A stretch of 64,000 nt of DNA from Mobula hypostoma (taxonomy: Eukaryota), in contig NC_086097.1 of assembly GCF_963921235.1 (NCBI RefSeq), forward strand, positions 17,422,001 to 17,486,000, written 5' to 3'. The notes beneath the pieces are model-generated. The model was not told the DNA's origin. It worked only from the letters and a program-made list of their open reading frames with translations, and ran no database searches. Every line of letters starts with the position of its first letter. The stretch's first letter is position 1. This document shows positions 24,963 to 38,916 of the stretch, piece after piece. A program made the translations under genes and the position numbers.

Positions 24963-26840
24963 TAATACCATAATACATAGGAGCAGAATTAGGCATTTTT
25001 GGCCTAATTTTGGCATTTTTGACTCTGCTCTGCCATTCCATCATGGCTAATTTATTATCCCTTTTAACCTCATTCTCCTGTCTTCTCCCATAAGACCATA
25101 AGACATTGGAGCAGAATTAGGCCATTCAGCCCATCGAGTCTGCTCCGCCATTCAATCACGGCTGATCCAGGATCACACTCAACCGCTAACACCAGCCTTC
25201 TTGCTATATCCTTTGATGTCCTGACCAATCAGGAAAATATCAACTTCTGCCTTAAACAGACCTACGGGCTTGGCATCCACTGCAGTCTGTGGCAGAGCAT
25301 TCCACAGACTCACCACTCACTGGCTAAAAAAATTCCTCCTTAACTCTGTTCAATTTTGGGGGTGTGCCCTCTAGTTCTGGATACCCCCACCATAGGAAAC
25401 ATCCTCTCCACATCAACCCTATCTAGTTCTTTCAACATTTGGTAGGTTTAAAATGAGATCCCTTTGCATTTTTCTAAATTCCAGTGAGTACAGGCCCAAA
25501 GCTGCCAAATGCTCCTCATATGTTAACTCCTTCATTCCTGGAATAATCCCCCTGATTCATTCGTGGAATCACCAACCGTGGGATTGAGTTTAAGAGCCAA
25601 GAGATAATGTTGTAGCCTTATAGGAACCTGGTCAGACCCCACTTGGAGTACTGTGCTAAATTCTGGTTGCCTCACTATAGGAAGGATGTGGAAACTATAG
25701 AAAGGGTGCAGAGGAAATTTACAAGGATGTTGCCTGGATTGGGGAGCATGCCTTATGAGAATAGGTTGAGTGAACTTGGCCTTTTCTCCTTGGAGCGACA
25801 GAGGATGAGAGGTGACCTGATAGAGGTGTACAAGGTAATGAGAGGCATTGATCCTGTGGATAGTCAGAGGCTTTTTCCCAGGGCTGAAATGGCTAGCATG
25901 AGAAGGCATAGTTTTAAGGTGCTTGGAAATAGTACAGGGGAGATGCCAGGGGTAAGTTTTTTATGCAGAGAGTGGTGAGTGCGTGGAATGGGCTGCTGGC
26001 GGCGGTGGTGGAGGCAGAAATGATAGGGTCTTTTAAGAGACTCTTGGATAGGTACATGGAGCTTAGAAAAATAGAGGGCTATGGGTAGGTCTAGGTAGCT
26101 CTATGTTAAGGACATGTTTGGCACAGCTTTGTGGGCCGAAGGGCCTGTATTGTGCTGTAGATTTTCTATGTTTCTATGTAACCTCCTCTGGACTTTCTCC
26201 ACTGACAGCACATTCATTCTTTTGACAGTACTCCAAATGCAGTCTGACTAGTCTTATGAAGCCTCAGCATTATCTCTTTTTTTATTCTATTCCCCTTGAA
26301 ATAAATGCCAGGATTGTACTTGACTTCTTTAACACAGACTCAACCTGCAAATTATCCTTCTGGGATCCTTGCACGAGGATTCCTAAGTCCCTCTGTATCT
26401 TTGATGGTTGAACCTTCTCCCCATTTAGATAATAGTCCACGCTATTGTTCCTTTTACCAAAATGCATTATCGTACATTTCCCATCTGCCACATTTTTGCC
26501 CATTCTTCCAATTTGCCTAAGTCATGCTACAATCACATTGCTTCCACGGCACTACCCACCCCTCCACCTATCTTTGTATTATCCACAAACTATTACCCAA
26601 AGCCATCAATTCCATTATCCAAATCATTGACAAACAATCTGAAAAGTAGTAGTCCCAATAATGACCCTTGAGGAGTACCACTAATCACTGGCAGCCAGCC
26701 AGAAAAGGCCTCCTTTATTCTCACTTGCTGCCTTCTGGCTGTCAGCTATTCTTCCATCCATACCAGTAATCTTTGACGCCCTTACTAATCAAGAACTTAT
26801 CAACCTCTGCTTTAGATATACCCAATGACTTGGCCTCTAA
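24963..26840 (-). mobile_element. Nested CR1 fragments (minus strand)
   Basis: CR1 3' tails (accataag) at about 24963 and 25088; ORF2 remnants; interrupted by a plus-strand CR1. Confidence 0.75.
25575..26179 (+). mobile_element. CR1 3' end inserted in an older CR1
   Basis: LEYCAKFWLPHYRKDV..RGDLIEVYK; (TTTCTATG) tail. Confidence 0.88.
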
Positions 26841-27451
26841 TATCTTTTCCTGAATATCAACAAAGAAAAAATTCACTAGTAGTTCCATTAGGCAAATTGA
26901 CAGCTGATATTAGAGGTTCTACTTCTAGAGCATGAACTGTGGCTCCAGATACTGTACATTAAAATAAATTGGGTAGTGTGAAAGGAGAAATGAAGAGGAG
27001 TGAGTATCCACAGATCCATGAAGAACATGTCCATAAGCTGTCATGTGATATAGTGTAGTTTGAGGTGCAGAATACAAGAGCAAATGGGTATTGTTAGAAC
27101 TCTATATAACAGCAAAGTCTGAACATAGCAGACAGTTCTGGTCTGACATCACAAAAAAGATGTGATTCACTTGAGACAGTGTGAAGTAGATTTGAGAGGA
27201 ATGGCGTAAGGTCTTGAATGTTTCAGCTATGGTAAATTATTGAATAGGTTGGGATTGTTTCCTTTGGCTCAGAGAAGTTTCCTTTGAGGAGAAACATCAA
27301 CTGAGGAGCTTAAGGTTGTGAGTTACCTGCAGAAAGTATAGAAAAGGGCCTTTTCTCTTAGAAGAGTCACAAATCCCCGGAGCATAGATTTATAGCAGTT
27401 GTAGAAAGATTAAAGAAGATGAGAAAAAATGGCTCCATCCAGAAGGAGGGT

Positions 27452-28389
27452 TGAAGTCAAGCCAAGTCACTTTTTATTGTCATTTTGACTATAAACTGCT
27501 GGTACAGTACACAGTAAAAACGAAACAACGTTCCTCCAGAACCATAATGCTACTTGAAACAATACAAAACTGCACTAGACTAAGTGAGACAACACAAGGC
27601 TACACTAGTCTACGTAAAACAACACAAAACTACACAGGACTACATTGGACTATATAAAGTGCACAAAACAGTGCAGGGCAGTACAATAAATAATAAACAA
27701 GACAATAGGCACAGTAGAGGACAAATTACAATATATTAATAAATGATGTAGATGTTAGTCAGTTCTCTGGGTATTAAGGAGTCTGATGGCTTGGGGGAAG
27801 AAACTGTTCCACAGGCCGGTTGTGAGAGCCCGAATGCTTCCATAACTTCTGCCAGATGGCAGGAGGGAGAAGAGTTTGTATGAGCGGTGTGTGGTGTCCT
27901 TCACAATGCTGTTGGCTTTACAGGTGCAGCGTGTAGTGTAAATGTCTGTAATGGCGGGAAGAGAGACCCCAATGATCTTCTCAGCTGACCTCACTATCCA
28001 CTGCAGGGTCTTGCGATCTGAGACGGTGCAATTCCCAAACTAGGCAGTGATGCAGCTGCTCAGGATGCTCTCGATACATCCTGTGTAGAATGTGGTGAGG
28101 ATGGGGCGGGGGGAAGTGGAAGATGGACTTTTCTCAACCTTTGCAGAAAGTAGAGACGCTGCTGTGCTTTCTTGGCTATGGAGCTGGTGTTGAGGGACCA
28201 GGTGAGATTCTCCGCCAGGTGAACACCAAGAGATTTGGTGTACTTAACGATCTCAACATAGGAGCCGTCAGTGTTCAGTGGAGAGTGATCTCTCTGTGCT
28301 CTCCTGAAGTCAACAACCATTTCTTTTGTTTCGTTCACATTCAGAGACAGGTTGTTGGCTCTGCAGCAGTCCGTTAGCTGCTGCACCCA
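27452..28389 (-). mobile_element. Rex1/Babar-like LINE 3' end
   Basis: NNLSLNV..TKEMVVDFRR..KKAQQRLYFL; NSFFPQAIRLLN. Confidence 0.85.
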
Positions 28390-28546
28390 ATTCACTTTTG
28401 TAGAGGCAAAAACACTCATTGCGTGTGAAAGTATTTGATATGCACATGATGAGCTATGCCTTTTACACCTAACGATCAAAGAAACTGTGATTGGCTGGAT
28501 AGCTGTTTCTCAACAAATAATGGCATAAAGGGGCAAATGGGCTCTA

Positions 28547-28865
28547 AAAGGTGATTGATAACTTTGTGGCCTAAGGTAGAAGGAGTCAATATTAGAAAAC
28601 CTAGCACATTCACTTTTCAACATAGTCCCCTCCTACATTTATACACTTAGTCCAGTGGTCGAGGAGCATACGGATCTTGGTCCTCCAGAAAGTGCCCACA
28701 GCAGGGGTGATTGATAAGTTTGTGGCCTAAGGTAGAAGGAGTTGAATTATACAGCTCTCGTTACATGCACATGCAGTCCAACTCTTTGAGTGATTATGCA
28801 GAAAGTTTGAAGTTAATAACTCATCTCCTTCTACCTTAGGCCACAAACTTATCAATCACCCCTTG
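28547..28865 (-). mobile_element. Non-autonomous mariner element with internal TIR copy
   Basis: TIR GGGGTGATTGATAAGTTTGTGGCCTAAGGTAGAAGGAG; transposase tail WTKCINVGGDYVEK on the minus strand. Confidence 0.85.
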
Positions 28866-29649
28866 TACATATCTATGAACTTTCATACAGGATATAAATG
28901 GATGCTGTTGCTGTGTTGAGTGTTTCATGCCATCATATTTATTAATCTGTTCCTGGATAAACAGGTAGCTTTCAATGTTCATTGATTTCATATCATCTGT
29001 TTTTCCTTGTTGAACTTGCTAATTACTAAAAGTTATTTATATAATTTTTGCGACTGAAACTTGTGCAATTATATCTATTCACTCCAGACTGAAATCAATC
29101 ATTCACATTGTGGAACAGAAGCTTTCTGCAGTATCAAAGCAACATTAAAGGAGCTTGGAGTCCACTGCAATGCACAATGCCCTATGTTCTAAATGTCAGT
29201 CAATGATGCTGAAGTCATTATATGGTAGAATGAAGAACCATAATAACCTCTTAATAAGGGAGAATGACAGAGCATTAAAGGTGTCAGTATCAAGAGAAGA
29301 TGTTACAAGAATAGCTATTTAAACAGCACAAAGTATAATCTAACCATCACTCATTATCACCCATTCATCAGCAACTTAATTTACAGTAGTTTCAGCACTT
29401 TTTAGTTACCTCAACACATGTCAAATATACAGTATTTCACAGCAGAAACTTGAATGAAATGACTTTGCAGTGCATTGATATATAAGGAACAACAAATATT
29501 TGCTTATTTGGCTATATTTATTAAATAAATTGCAAATGTATCTTAATGTATAGAAGAATTTAAAATACAATATTCCAACATGATTTGATTAAATAATCTA
29601 TTATTCTGTAGCTATTTCCATCTTTCATGTGTAAGCTTTACTATGTATG

Positions 29650-30053
29650 CTATGCTGGGGCTTTACTCTTTGGAGAGAAGGAGGATGAGAGGAGACATGA
29701 TAGAGGTGTACAAGATAATAAGAGGAATAGATAGAGTGGATAGCCAGCGCCTCTTCCCCAGGGTACCACTGCTCAATACAAGAGGACATGGCTTTAAGAT
29801 AAGGGGTGAGAAGTTCAAGGGGGATATTAGAGGAAGGTTTTTTACTCAGAGAGTGGTTGGTGCATGGAATGCACTGCCTGAGTCAGTGTGGAGGCAAATA
29901 CACTAGTGAAGTTTAAGAGACTACGAGACAGGTATATGGAGGAATTTAAGGTGGGGGCTTATATGGGAGGCAGGGTTTGAGGGTCGGCACAACATTGTGG
30001 GCCAAAGGGCCTGTATTGTGCTGTACTATTCTATGTTCTATGTCCTATGTTCT
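29650..30053 (+). mobile_element. CR1 3' end
   Basis: LGLYSLERRRMRGDMIEVYK..TRGH..WNALP; (TTCTATG) tail. Confidence 0.88.
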
Positions 30054-33000
30054 ACATAATGCCTTTCCAACTTTACAAAAGCTAGTATATAAATTATCTT
30101 CAAATATTTCATAATACATTGGGTATATTTAAAGTGGAGTTTGATAGCTTCTTAACTAGTAAGGGCATCAAAGGGTATGGGAGGAGGCAGGAGAGTGGGG
30201 TTAATAGGAATAATGAATCAGCCCTCATGGGATGGCAGAGCAGATCTGATGGGCTGAATAGCTTCATTCTGCTCATTCATCTAATGGTTTTATAGCCTAC
30301 ATAAATAATGATCAGCATTGTAACTGGAGACCTAATAGCAGACTCTTTAATCCTATCCTTCACATAAACTATTTGTTCCTGCAGAACATGAGTGACATTT
30401 GCTATTCTAATTCTCTAAATTCTCCCAATTGTTTTAGTTTTTACTAGTCACTATGTGCTTTTTGTAGTAGTTTTTGAAATAAGAACAATGTTTCTGGATG
30501 CTCAGAAGATAGGGAGGAACCCATCAAATTCATTGACAAAGGGGGAAGGGGGTAATTATCTGACCACCCTTCATGCAGATAAAACACAACAAATTATCAA
30601 TCAGGACCAACTACTCTTGACTCAGTCTAAATATAGAGTTCATCCCGTATGAATTTTGCAACTTTTACAATTGGGGTGATATAAACTTTTTTTTTGCTTT
30701 AAGTGTACACTAAGGCAAGCTAATCATTAACTAAATTTAACCTTAGTAAAGGTTTATCTTCTATATGTATATTCCTTATCACTTTTGCTAAGGAGTATCT
30801 GTTGTAAAATAACTTTCCAGCTTTAATGGAAAACAGTGCCATGTGGAAGTATAATTATGAAAATGGCCTTCGTTGATTTGCCCTCTGACATTTCCATCCT
30901 GTTAGGAAGTAGCTGCCCTTTATTTACCTCCTGCCCAATCTACTCTCAAAGGCAGGATGGACATCAGGGCGCATTGTCTGGGGGGAGTTGTGAGTTTCAC
31001 CTGTTTCCTATGGAGGTTATTCTGTTATTAATACTTTTCCAATAGTATAATCTCTAACCTTCTCAGAACAATCTGTAACTAGTCCACACTAATTCCTCAG
31101 CGTGTATTATTTAGTCGTAATATTGTAGTACTTACTGTAGCTTTGAGCATTTTGAAACTTTACTCAACCATCACTTCTTTCACACGACACAAAGCATTTT
31201 GCAACATAAGAAATATTATAACTTGCCAAGGGGCACCGAGGTACATGGCAAATTGCCTTTCCTTTGATTTTTGTTTTTTCTCTTTGATTAGTTTTTGCAC
31301 ATCTCTAGCCCAGAGTCATATAGCTGATGTGGAACTACAAGGCAATCTATGCCAGAGAGTTAAAGCGATTGTTTTGATTCTCCACAACAACATTGTGCTA
31401 TTGTTGAACTCTGGAGGCCCTTTTATATATTTCCTAACTGTGTTCTAATGAGAAATTTCAAACGTGTATCTTATGAAACTGTACATGGTGCTCAATTACG
31501 AGTTAACAAAAGGAAGGGTAAATGCGAAATTTAAAGACGTGTTAGATCATATGTATTTTAATTAGGGGTCTAGTCAGAAATCCATTTCGAGTATGGTTAA
31601 GAGACAAAGTAGTCCCAGTAATAATGTACCGAGTCCAGTTCCTTTAATGACCGCCCCAGGACGTTTTACCACTCTAGGCATGATATTAATAGAAATCGCT
31701 TCTTTGTTTACGCATTAAACCATCTCAAAAAGGAAGGGATCGAAAATGACTTATAAATGTTGGGGATGACATTTGAATTTTGAGATGACGGGAGCATTTA
31801 ATGCTTCAATGTTTAATTTACTCTCCTAATATTTAATTAGTATTAGCACGTTAAGAGTTTGAGATATCTTGCTGTAGCTCTGGAGACTGTGTTAGAGCCC
31901 AGCTATGAGACCTGAACCCAACGCGCCCAACCTTTAGGGACGGATTAACTGTTGTTAAATAGGCTTTTAATTTTATACCAAGCAAATCTTGGGGAATCAG
32001 GAAGGAACGACAGATCAGGGCTCGTATTCAAAATCATTTGGAGTTCCAGGAGAGGATGATATCGTGGAAGTTCTGTTTGAGTAGGGAAGAGTTAAAAGTA
32101 TTGTCTTGGAATAGTTATGGAGGGAACACGTATCCGCACCTTTTAGTCACAGGTGCTAAATAATCTTAGGGACTGAGAGAAAAATGACGATCAATATGTC
32201 TTTTACTGGATCACGCTTGTTCTGAGAAGGGGGTAAACTGTGCCCAATTCGGAGTGCATAGATTTCAATCTCGTAGCCCGCACTGCTCGGGTTGCTTTGA
32301 ACTTTCAGACGAGTTTGCCTGATTTGTGGCGGCATCTGTTTAAGGCTGCAAAATCGACCATCTGGGTAAATGAGGAGGCAATGGTGGGAGGGGGGAGGGC
32401 AGGGAAAGTGAAGTGATTGTCAGTTTGTGATCTTGAAGGATTCGGCATTAGGGAAAGCCCCATCCGGACACTAATCAAAGCCAAAAATAAATCATTTTTC
32501 TTTAAATGGACGCATTCAACGCCGTATATCTTATTGAGATAAATATTTTTAAATATAATTATAACTTTGCAAATCATTATTTTAATTTTAATTTAAAGCG
32601 TAAGCGCTAACTGATGTCGATGCCTGAACAACACAAGGCGATCTGACAGTTGTGGTTCCTTAATTGCAACCACTTCCTAAAGTACCTCAGGAAACGAGCA
32701 ACGAGCCTCGCTGCCGGATCAGTCATCTCTCACCGGGAAGTCACCCCTCTATTAGAGCTCACCCCTCTATATATTATGTAACATATTCTGTTTTAAAGGG
32801 TAGCGCGAATTGTTTGATGACAAATATATGGCATTTAAGACCGTCATTATAAGAACCAAGCGGGGTAAACGCACTAACAGTGATACTTGGGTCCGCGACT
32901 AAATTCTTGCTTTAACGCGTTCGCTGATCTTCCCCGAATGTTGTTGATCTTCCGCTCCGTCTCCTGTCAGCAAACGGCGGGGTGTTGCATGCGCATATTT

Positions 33001-33455
33001 TTTTAAGTCTTTATTTCTCTCTCGATACTAAATTAGGTTCTGTCCTTACGTCAGAGTTCATTGAGAGTGGGCGAGAGCGTCCTCTGTACGTAATGCCTGG
33101 TTCAGAAGGAATCCGAATGGGAAGCCAGAGTTACTTCAAAACTCCAGGGCAGAAGCTGTTTTTTTAAACCACAGTTACTGACTAGGAGTCTGACAGTCAC
33201 CCACATGCACCAGAACCTAACAGAGTCGGCAAACTTCTAAACGTGGATGCGGAGCGACTTGAGAAATTCAAGTATTTCAAGTACTTAGAAGCCATTTAAT
33301 TTTATTTTGCAAGAAATACGTCCACACTTCAGTTTTGCAGAAAGGCTTTTTTTTGCGTTTTACGCAAAACCTTGTGAGGATTATATTGCAGGACTACATA
33401 CCAGGATTAAGTGAATTTTTCAACAAGAAGAACGCGAAATCATTCGGCGTGTGAC

Positions 33456-34225
33456 ATGGAGCGCAGTTGGTTCGAGATTTGCATCCCCGTTTTGATAGTG
33501 CTGGGGCTTTCTGCTGCGCCGAATGAGTCTCGAGAGAATTTTCGCGGGAAGTCAACACAGTCCTGGGGACTCCAAACGGGACATGGGATCTCCAACCTGA
33601 CAGCGAATAGTGCAAGACTACCTGGCCACAGAAGAAGACTGAGGGGCCAGAGAAGTCCGGAGACAAATCCCGTTTTGTTTCGGATGCCATCCGATGCTAA
33701 CATGCCTGTTTTACTTCGGGCAGCGCGCCCAGTATCAGATTTCGGTGGAGAAGCTAACTCCCGAGAAAGCGGCACTCATCGTTCCCGGGTAAATGGACAG
33801 GTTGCAGCAGGGACTGGACGCGTAGTTCCCAATCCGCTAAATTATAACCCCGTTACATTACGGAGAATCAGTTCGGCCTCACCCAGGACGAGTCGTCCTA
33901 TTACATCCCGGATTAGCGCGGTGTCGTCCCGGGAGAGAAGTCGGACACACCTCGGGAGAGCAGAGGGTGGTAGGCATACATCGGCATGGACACACAATGT
34001 CGGCTTCTCCGAAAGACGAAGTGCTTTTATTTCTGACGCTGGCGGTAGTCCGGTTTCATTACAGGAGAAGAGACCCGCTTCCACCCCAGTTTCACCTGTC
34101 CGGACCAGATATCTAGCTTCAGATGCTCCAAGGGCACGGCTGACGGCCGCGGTTTCTCAGTTGAGGAGCAGGCAGATTGCCAGACAGAACCAAGGGAGAC
34201 GCACACCGACCAGGAGGTTGATAGG
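33456..34225 (+). CDS. LTBP2: First coding exon of a secreted protein, most likely latent TGF-beta binding protein 2
   Basis: ATG in GACATGG context; signal peptide MERSWFEICIPVLIVLGLSA; 256 open codons in a CpG island; ends in a phase-2 donor AGG|GTGAGA. The end RRLIG and internal VLFR..DANMPV resemble, from memory, human LTBP2 exon 1 (SLFREQDAPV...GRLTG|RNVCGGQCC). The exon itself is better supported than the gene name. Confidence 0.6.
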
Positions 34226-34814
34226 GTGAGAGTCTGAATAAAATACGACATCACTTTACATTAAAAACTTTAATCATTGCATTGCACTCTAATGCAGGTC
34301 TATGCGCTCTACTTTTATAATTAAAAAAACACATTATGCGGTAAATAAAAAGTATGGGCCACTAGGTTATATTTCGAGTTTTAATTTTTTTTTGCAATAT
34401 TTCACGGGGCATGATGATAAGACTAGAACGGCGCTTTTTCTCCCGAAATTGTTTTTGGTTTGAACTTCTAAAGGGAGAAAATGTACTGCAATATATAAAA
34501 TCCACCCTCATTCTCCAGTAACCAGTCTCAATTTAATGTTTACATTGAATTTCTGTACCTTCCCGCGCTGTCTAATCAAGTTAATTCGTCGTAAGATCCC
34601 ACTTGCATTGAGCATGCTAGCTTGAACTCGCAGGTGGCGCAACAGTATCGTACAGAAAATCTCTCCACGTGTATTTCTTTACATTTCGTCTTAACTGTGT
34701 GTAAACATTTCCAAAGACCCCAGGTCCCCGATTTCCAATGTGCCGAGTCCGTCTGCTAATAAAAAAAAGAGGCGAATAAATCCTCCAGTGGATACCCACA
34801 GCAAAATCATCCTC

Positions 34815-35260
34815 AGAATCAGAATCAAAATCAAGTTTAATATTACCGGCATATGTCGTGACATTTCTTAACTTTGCGGCATCAGTAAAATACAATACAT
34901 GACAATATAGGAAAAACTGTGAAATACAGTAAGTATATATATAATAGTTAAATGCAATAAATAATGCAAAAAAAACAGAAATGAAAAAAAAGTGAGGTAA
35001 TGTTCGTGGTTTCAATGTCCATTCAGAAATCGGATGGCAGAGGGAGAGAGGCTGTTTCTGAATCGCTGAGGGTGTGCCTTCAGGCTTCTGTACCTCATTC
35101 CCGATGCTAACAGTGAGAAGAGAGCATGCCCTGGGTAGTGGGGGTCATTAATGGTGGACGCCGCCTTTCTGGGGTACCACCCCTTCAAGATGACTTGGGT
35201 ACGACGAGGCTAGTGCCCATGCTGGAGCTGACTAAATTTACATCTCTACAGCTTACTACG
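34815..35260 (-). mobile_element. Rex1/Babar-like LINE 3' end with (ATTCTG)n tail
   Basis: Same family also at 61232-61580 and 63576-63900. Confidence 0.75.
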
Positions 35261-36349
35261 ATCTTTTCTCGCTCTTTTCAAGTTGTTTAGAGTTTATTTT
35301 GCCCACTCCTTTCGCATCAGTTGGCGAAATCAAACTCTATTGTGCGGCAATCGATGGGTTAAAATTGTACAATGCAAGTAAAAAGCGATTGGCATTTTTA
35401 GTTTAGATTACAAATGCACACCAGATCCCCCGAAGCACTGCACACTCATATAAGGGTAGCCCAATACAACCTGCGTATGATTGTTCACTGGTCATAAATA
35501 GCTTGTTTCGCTGGTAAATCTTGTGCTTAGACATTGAACCGATCTTGTGTCAGTGTGGGCAAACATGCCATTTGCACGGTGAGAGAAATGCACTGGTGAA
35601 AGACCTCACTGGTGTAATTAGGTATTGAACATGGTACCAAAGGGGGTGGTTCTTTTGGACAGAGTTGGGAAGAAGTTCATACTTTTCTGTAAAGTGGCAT
35701 TAACAAGCTAACAATATCCCGTCTCGTGCTGTTATGCTCTGTTGGCTCCAGGGTTGACGAGGGACCCCGCTTTAATAAGTGATGCCAGAATGAAATCACA
35801 AACCTCGCTTTAATGACTTCATGCTCTTAAAAAAAACGACGGCGCCAACAAGCTAACTTGCGAGGGAGGGGGTGGGGTCGAAGGAATATTTCTATCGTTT
35901 CTGCAGAAAGAAAAATAGCCGCCTTTTCCTTTTCTGTAGCCAATGGCAATTTTCGAAACACCGAGGATAAATCCTCTTCTTAACAATGACTTCTTATCGG
36001 TGGCAACGGCAAGTCTCCACAGCTGGTCCCAGTGTAATAAATCCCAGATCAGCAAATGGGGATCCAGCTAATGCAGATCTCTGAAAAAAAATAATTCCGT
36101 TGCATTTCTTCACTTGGACGTTTGAGTTGCTTGTGCTGATGTGTATGAATGGTTTCGCAGTGTGACACTTTGTAATTACATCTTTAACCTTCCTGAATTC
36201 TTGAGATCAAGCAAGAAGGGAAGAGCAGTTCAATCCCAGGGAGATCACTTAAATTCGTAGTGTCTTGTTTCAAATAATCCTTGTTGCTTTAGGTAAATAG
36301 AAAAATGTGTTTTTTTCTCTCTAGGAGCACGCTACAATACGCATCAACA

Positions 36350-36352
<3 letters not shown>

Positions 36353-36386
<34 letters not shown>
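36353..36386. repeat. (CA)n microsatellite
   Basis: Pure CA run; others at 43816-43851 (GT) and 51751-51772. Confidence 0.95.
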
Positions 36387-36387
<1 letters not shown>

Positions 36388-37905
36388 ATATATACACCAC
36401 TAGGAGTAGCGGATTTCGAGTCTGCCAATGTTAGGCAAGTGCCAACTATGCGATTTTATGAGTATGATCGCGAACTCATTGAAATGATTAGAATAGTGTT
36501 TTACTTTATTTCAAATGAGTTAGACAGAAACAAGAAGGGTTACTGTGAAAATAATTAAAGTGGACTGGTTGGATCCAGTTGAATGATAAACATTCATTCT
36601 CTACAATTTTTATTCCATTTTCCATCTAGTAAAGTGGAAGGCAACTTATATTGTATATGCTGCATATTCATATATCATGTTCTGTTTTAAAGCAATTATT
36701 TTATATTGGAGGTGGAAAAAGGTAACATTTCAAAAAATAGAATGAATCCAAAGCAGTAAACAACATAATTTTTGCAGTTTTGTAAGAATATTTTGAAATT
36801 GTTCTAAAAGAATAATGCACGGGGACCTTGACAATATAATGAATAATTTGGCAGATTCTGTCCGAGACAGTTTACTCAAATCTTCCTGTGTTTACCCTAT
36901 TGAAAACATATAAGATAACTGTTCTTTCTTTTAATTTGGAGATGTTGAATGCAATAATGATGTACGGATATAGAATAAAGGGAGAAAAAGAACAGATAAC
37001 AAAAAATAAGAGCATATGACCCTTCACGCTTGCTCCACTGTGCAAGATCATGACTGATATTCTATCAGAATGTCGTTCCCTTAATATGCAAAAATAAATG
37101 GTTCTTTATTTTCAGTGATTATTTCTTTACAGCCTTCTGGGATAGAGAATTACATCCAGATTCACTGCTATCTGTGTGAAAAAAAAATTCTCATCTCAGT
37201 CCTAGATGGCCTAGTCCTTAATCCGAATCAGCACCCATTGATTTTAGACTCTTTGGCAAGGGGGAACAACCTCCTTACACCCAGTCTTTTGAGTTTTTTA
37301 TCAGAATTTTCATTCTTCTTAAACTCTAGAAAAATCATCTCTCCTCAGATAGCAGACTTACCATCCCTGGAATTAATGTGGCATTCATGGCAAGTAGAGA
37401 TCTTTTCTTAAAAATAAGACAGCAATAAATATAATACTGTAGATAAGATTCACATAGGGCCTAAGTAATTGCAGTAGGACAGATTTACTCATGTACCCAA
37501 GCCCTTTCACAATAATGACAAACATAGCATTCACGTTCCTAATCAATAGTAGGCTCTGCATATTGACTTTCAGATACTTGGAATTATGGACACCCAGGAT
37601 CCTTTGAATGCTCATAATACTAACCTTGTTCACTATAATAAAATATGCATTACAGCTTTGTGCACCAAAGTGGATATACTTTTAAGAAATCCATATATGT
37701 ACAGAGGAGATTTACATGGATGTTGCCAGGATTCAAGGGACTAACTTTTGAAGTGAAGTTGAGTGGGTTGGGACTTTTTCCCTTGGAGTGTAGGAGATTG
37801 AGGGTTGATTTTACAGAGCTGTATAACATTGTGAGTGTTGGAGATAGGGTGAATGTGCACAGTCTTTTCCCTAGTGTTGGCGAATCAAGAACTAGAGGGC
37901 ATAGG

Positions 37906-38916
37906 TGTCATGGTCTGGTCCGTGAGCTCTGCATACCGGTTCATGGTCCAGTCCGTCGATTCCTTTTTCCGAGTTTTCCTGTTTTCCCTTGTTCCATTGG
38001 GTGCCTTAGTTGAGGCATCTGATTCTTGTTTTGGGTTGGCACATTAATACCTCTCAAACCAAAGATTCCCTGCTGGACTGTTCCCTTCCCTTCTGCTTCC
38101 TTCTGAACCTCCGCCTGCAACCTCGTCAGTATCCCCATCAAGTTCAACTGCTGGAGTGAGACCGGAGCCTTGCCACACCAAGAGAAGGAACTATCTATCA
38201 TTGAGTTTGGAACTGTCTCTTTGTGTCCCTATGCTTAGTGTCCGTGTTCTGTGTACGAGTCCTGGCCCTACGTCCTGTGCTCCCCAAGGAGGGGTCCCAG
38301 CTCTGTGTTCTGTGTTCCTGTGGTCAAGTCCAAGGCTCTGTGTTCCTGTATTCCAAGACCAAGTCCAGGCGCCGTGTTCCAGCCCTGGCCAAGTCTGAGC
38401 TTCGTGTCCTTTCCCAGCGAGTCCAAGCCACATCCTAGAACCTCATTCAGTCCAAGCCACGTCCTAGAACCTCGTCCAGTCCAAGCCACATCCTAGAACC
38501 TCTTCCTGTCCAAGTCAAGGCTTTGTGTTCGCTTCCTGTCCATAAGCCTCATCCTGTGCAGGAGTTCCACGTCCAGTCCTGTAGCCTAGCCACATCCAGA
38601 CCTGTAGCCATGTCTTGTTCTTGCCTAGATCCGGGGTCCGAGCCTGAATCAAGACCCAGGTTCCGGGTCCCTGTCCAGTCTCTGGTTCAGAGTCCTAGCC
38701 TAGGCTCCTAGTTCCAAGTTCCTTGTCCTGGTCCTGCTTTCCTTGTCCAGGTCCTAGCCCAGGCCCTGAATCCTAGTCTCGTCCAGTGGCTGTGTCAATG
38801 TCCAGTGTCGTTTCTTCCTTCCTCACCTTGCTATCTCGATAAACCTAGTCCTGTTCTTAGTATTTAAGTGTCTGTGTCTTGCATTTGGGTTCGCCATCAA
38901 CGCCCACCTTATGACA
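37906..38916. mobile_element. Solo LTR (1011 bp) inserted in a CR1
   Basis: TGTCAT...ATGACA termini; 5-bp TSD ATAGG; CR1 sequence resumes exactly afterwards. Confidence 0.85.
38421..38514 (+). repeat. 29-bp tandem repeat x3 inside the solo LTR
   Basis: GTCCAAGCCAC(A/G)TCCTAGAACCTC... units at 38421, 38450 and 38479. Confidence 0.9.

Larger units (their letters stand above)
31900..36100. promoter_or_regulatory. CpG-rich promoter/first-exon region
   Basis: Sharp rise in CpG density against CpG-depleted flanks, mostly non-repeat sequence, surrounding the first exon. CRE-like TTACGTCA near 33046 and NRF1-like GCATGCGCA near 32987. Boundaries approximate. Confidence 0.7.

Noticed and set aside
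33411..33455. Upstream GTG start of the 272-aa ORF and stop at 34229
   Set aside because: The ATG at 33456 has the better context and begins the signal peptide; the TGA lies within the splice donor.
38421..38514. 29-bp repeats as a CRISPR array
   Set aside because: Head-to-tail units without unique spacers, inside an LTR in vertebrate DNA.
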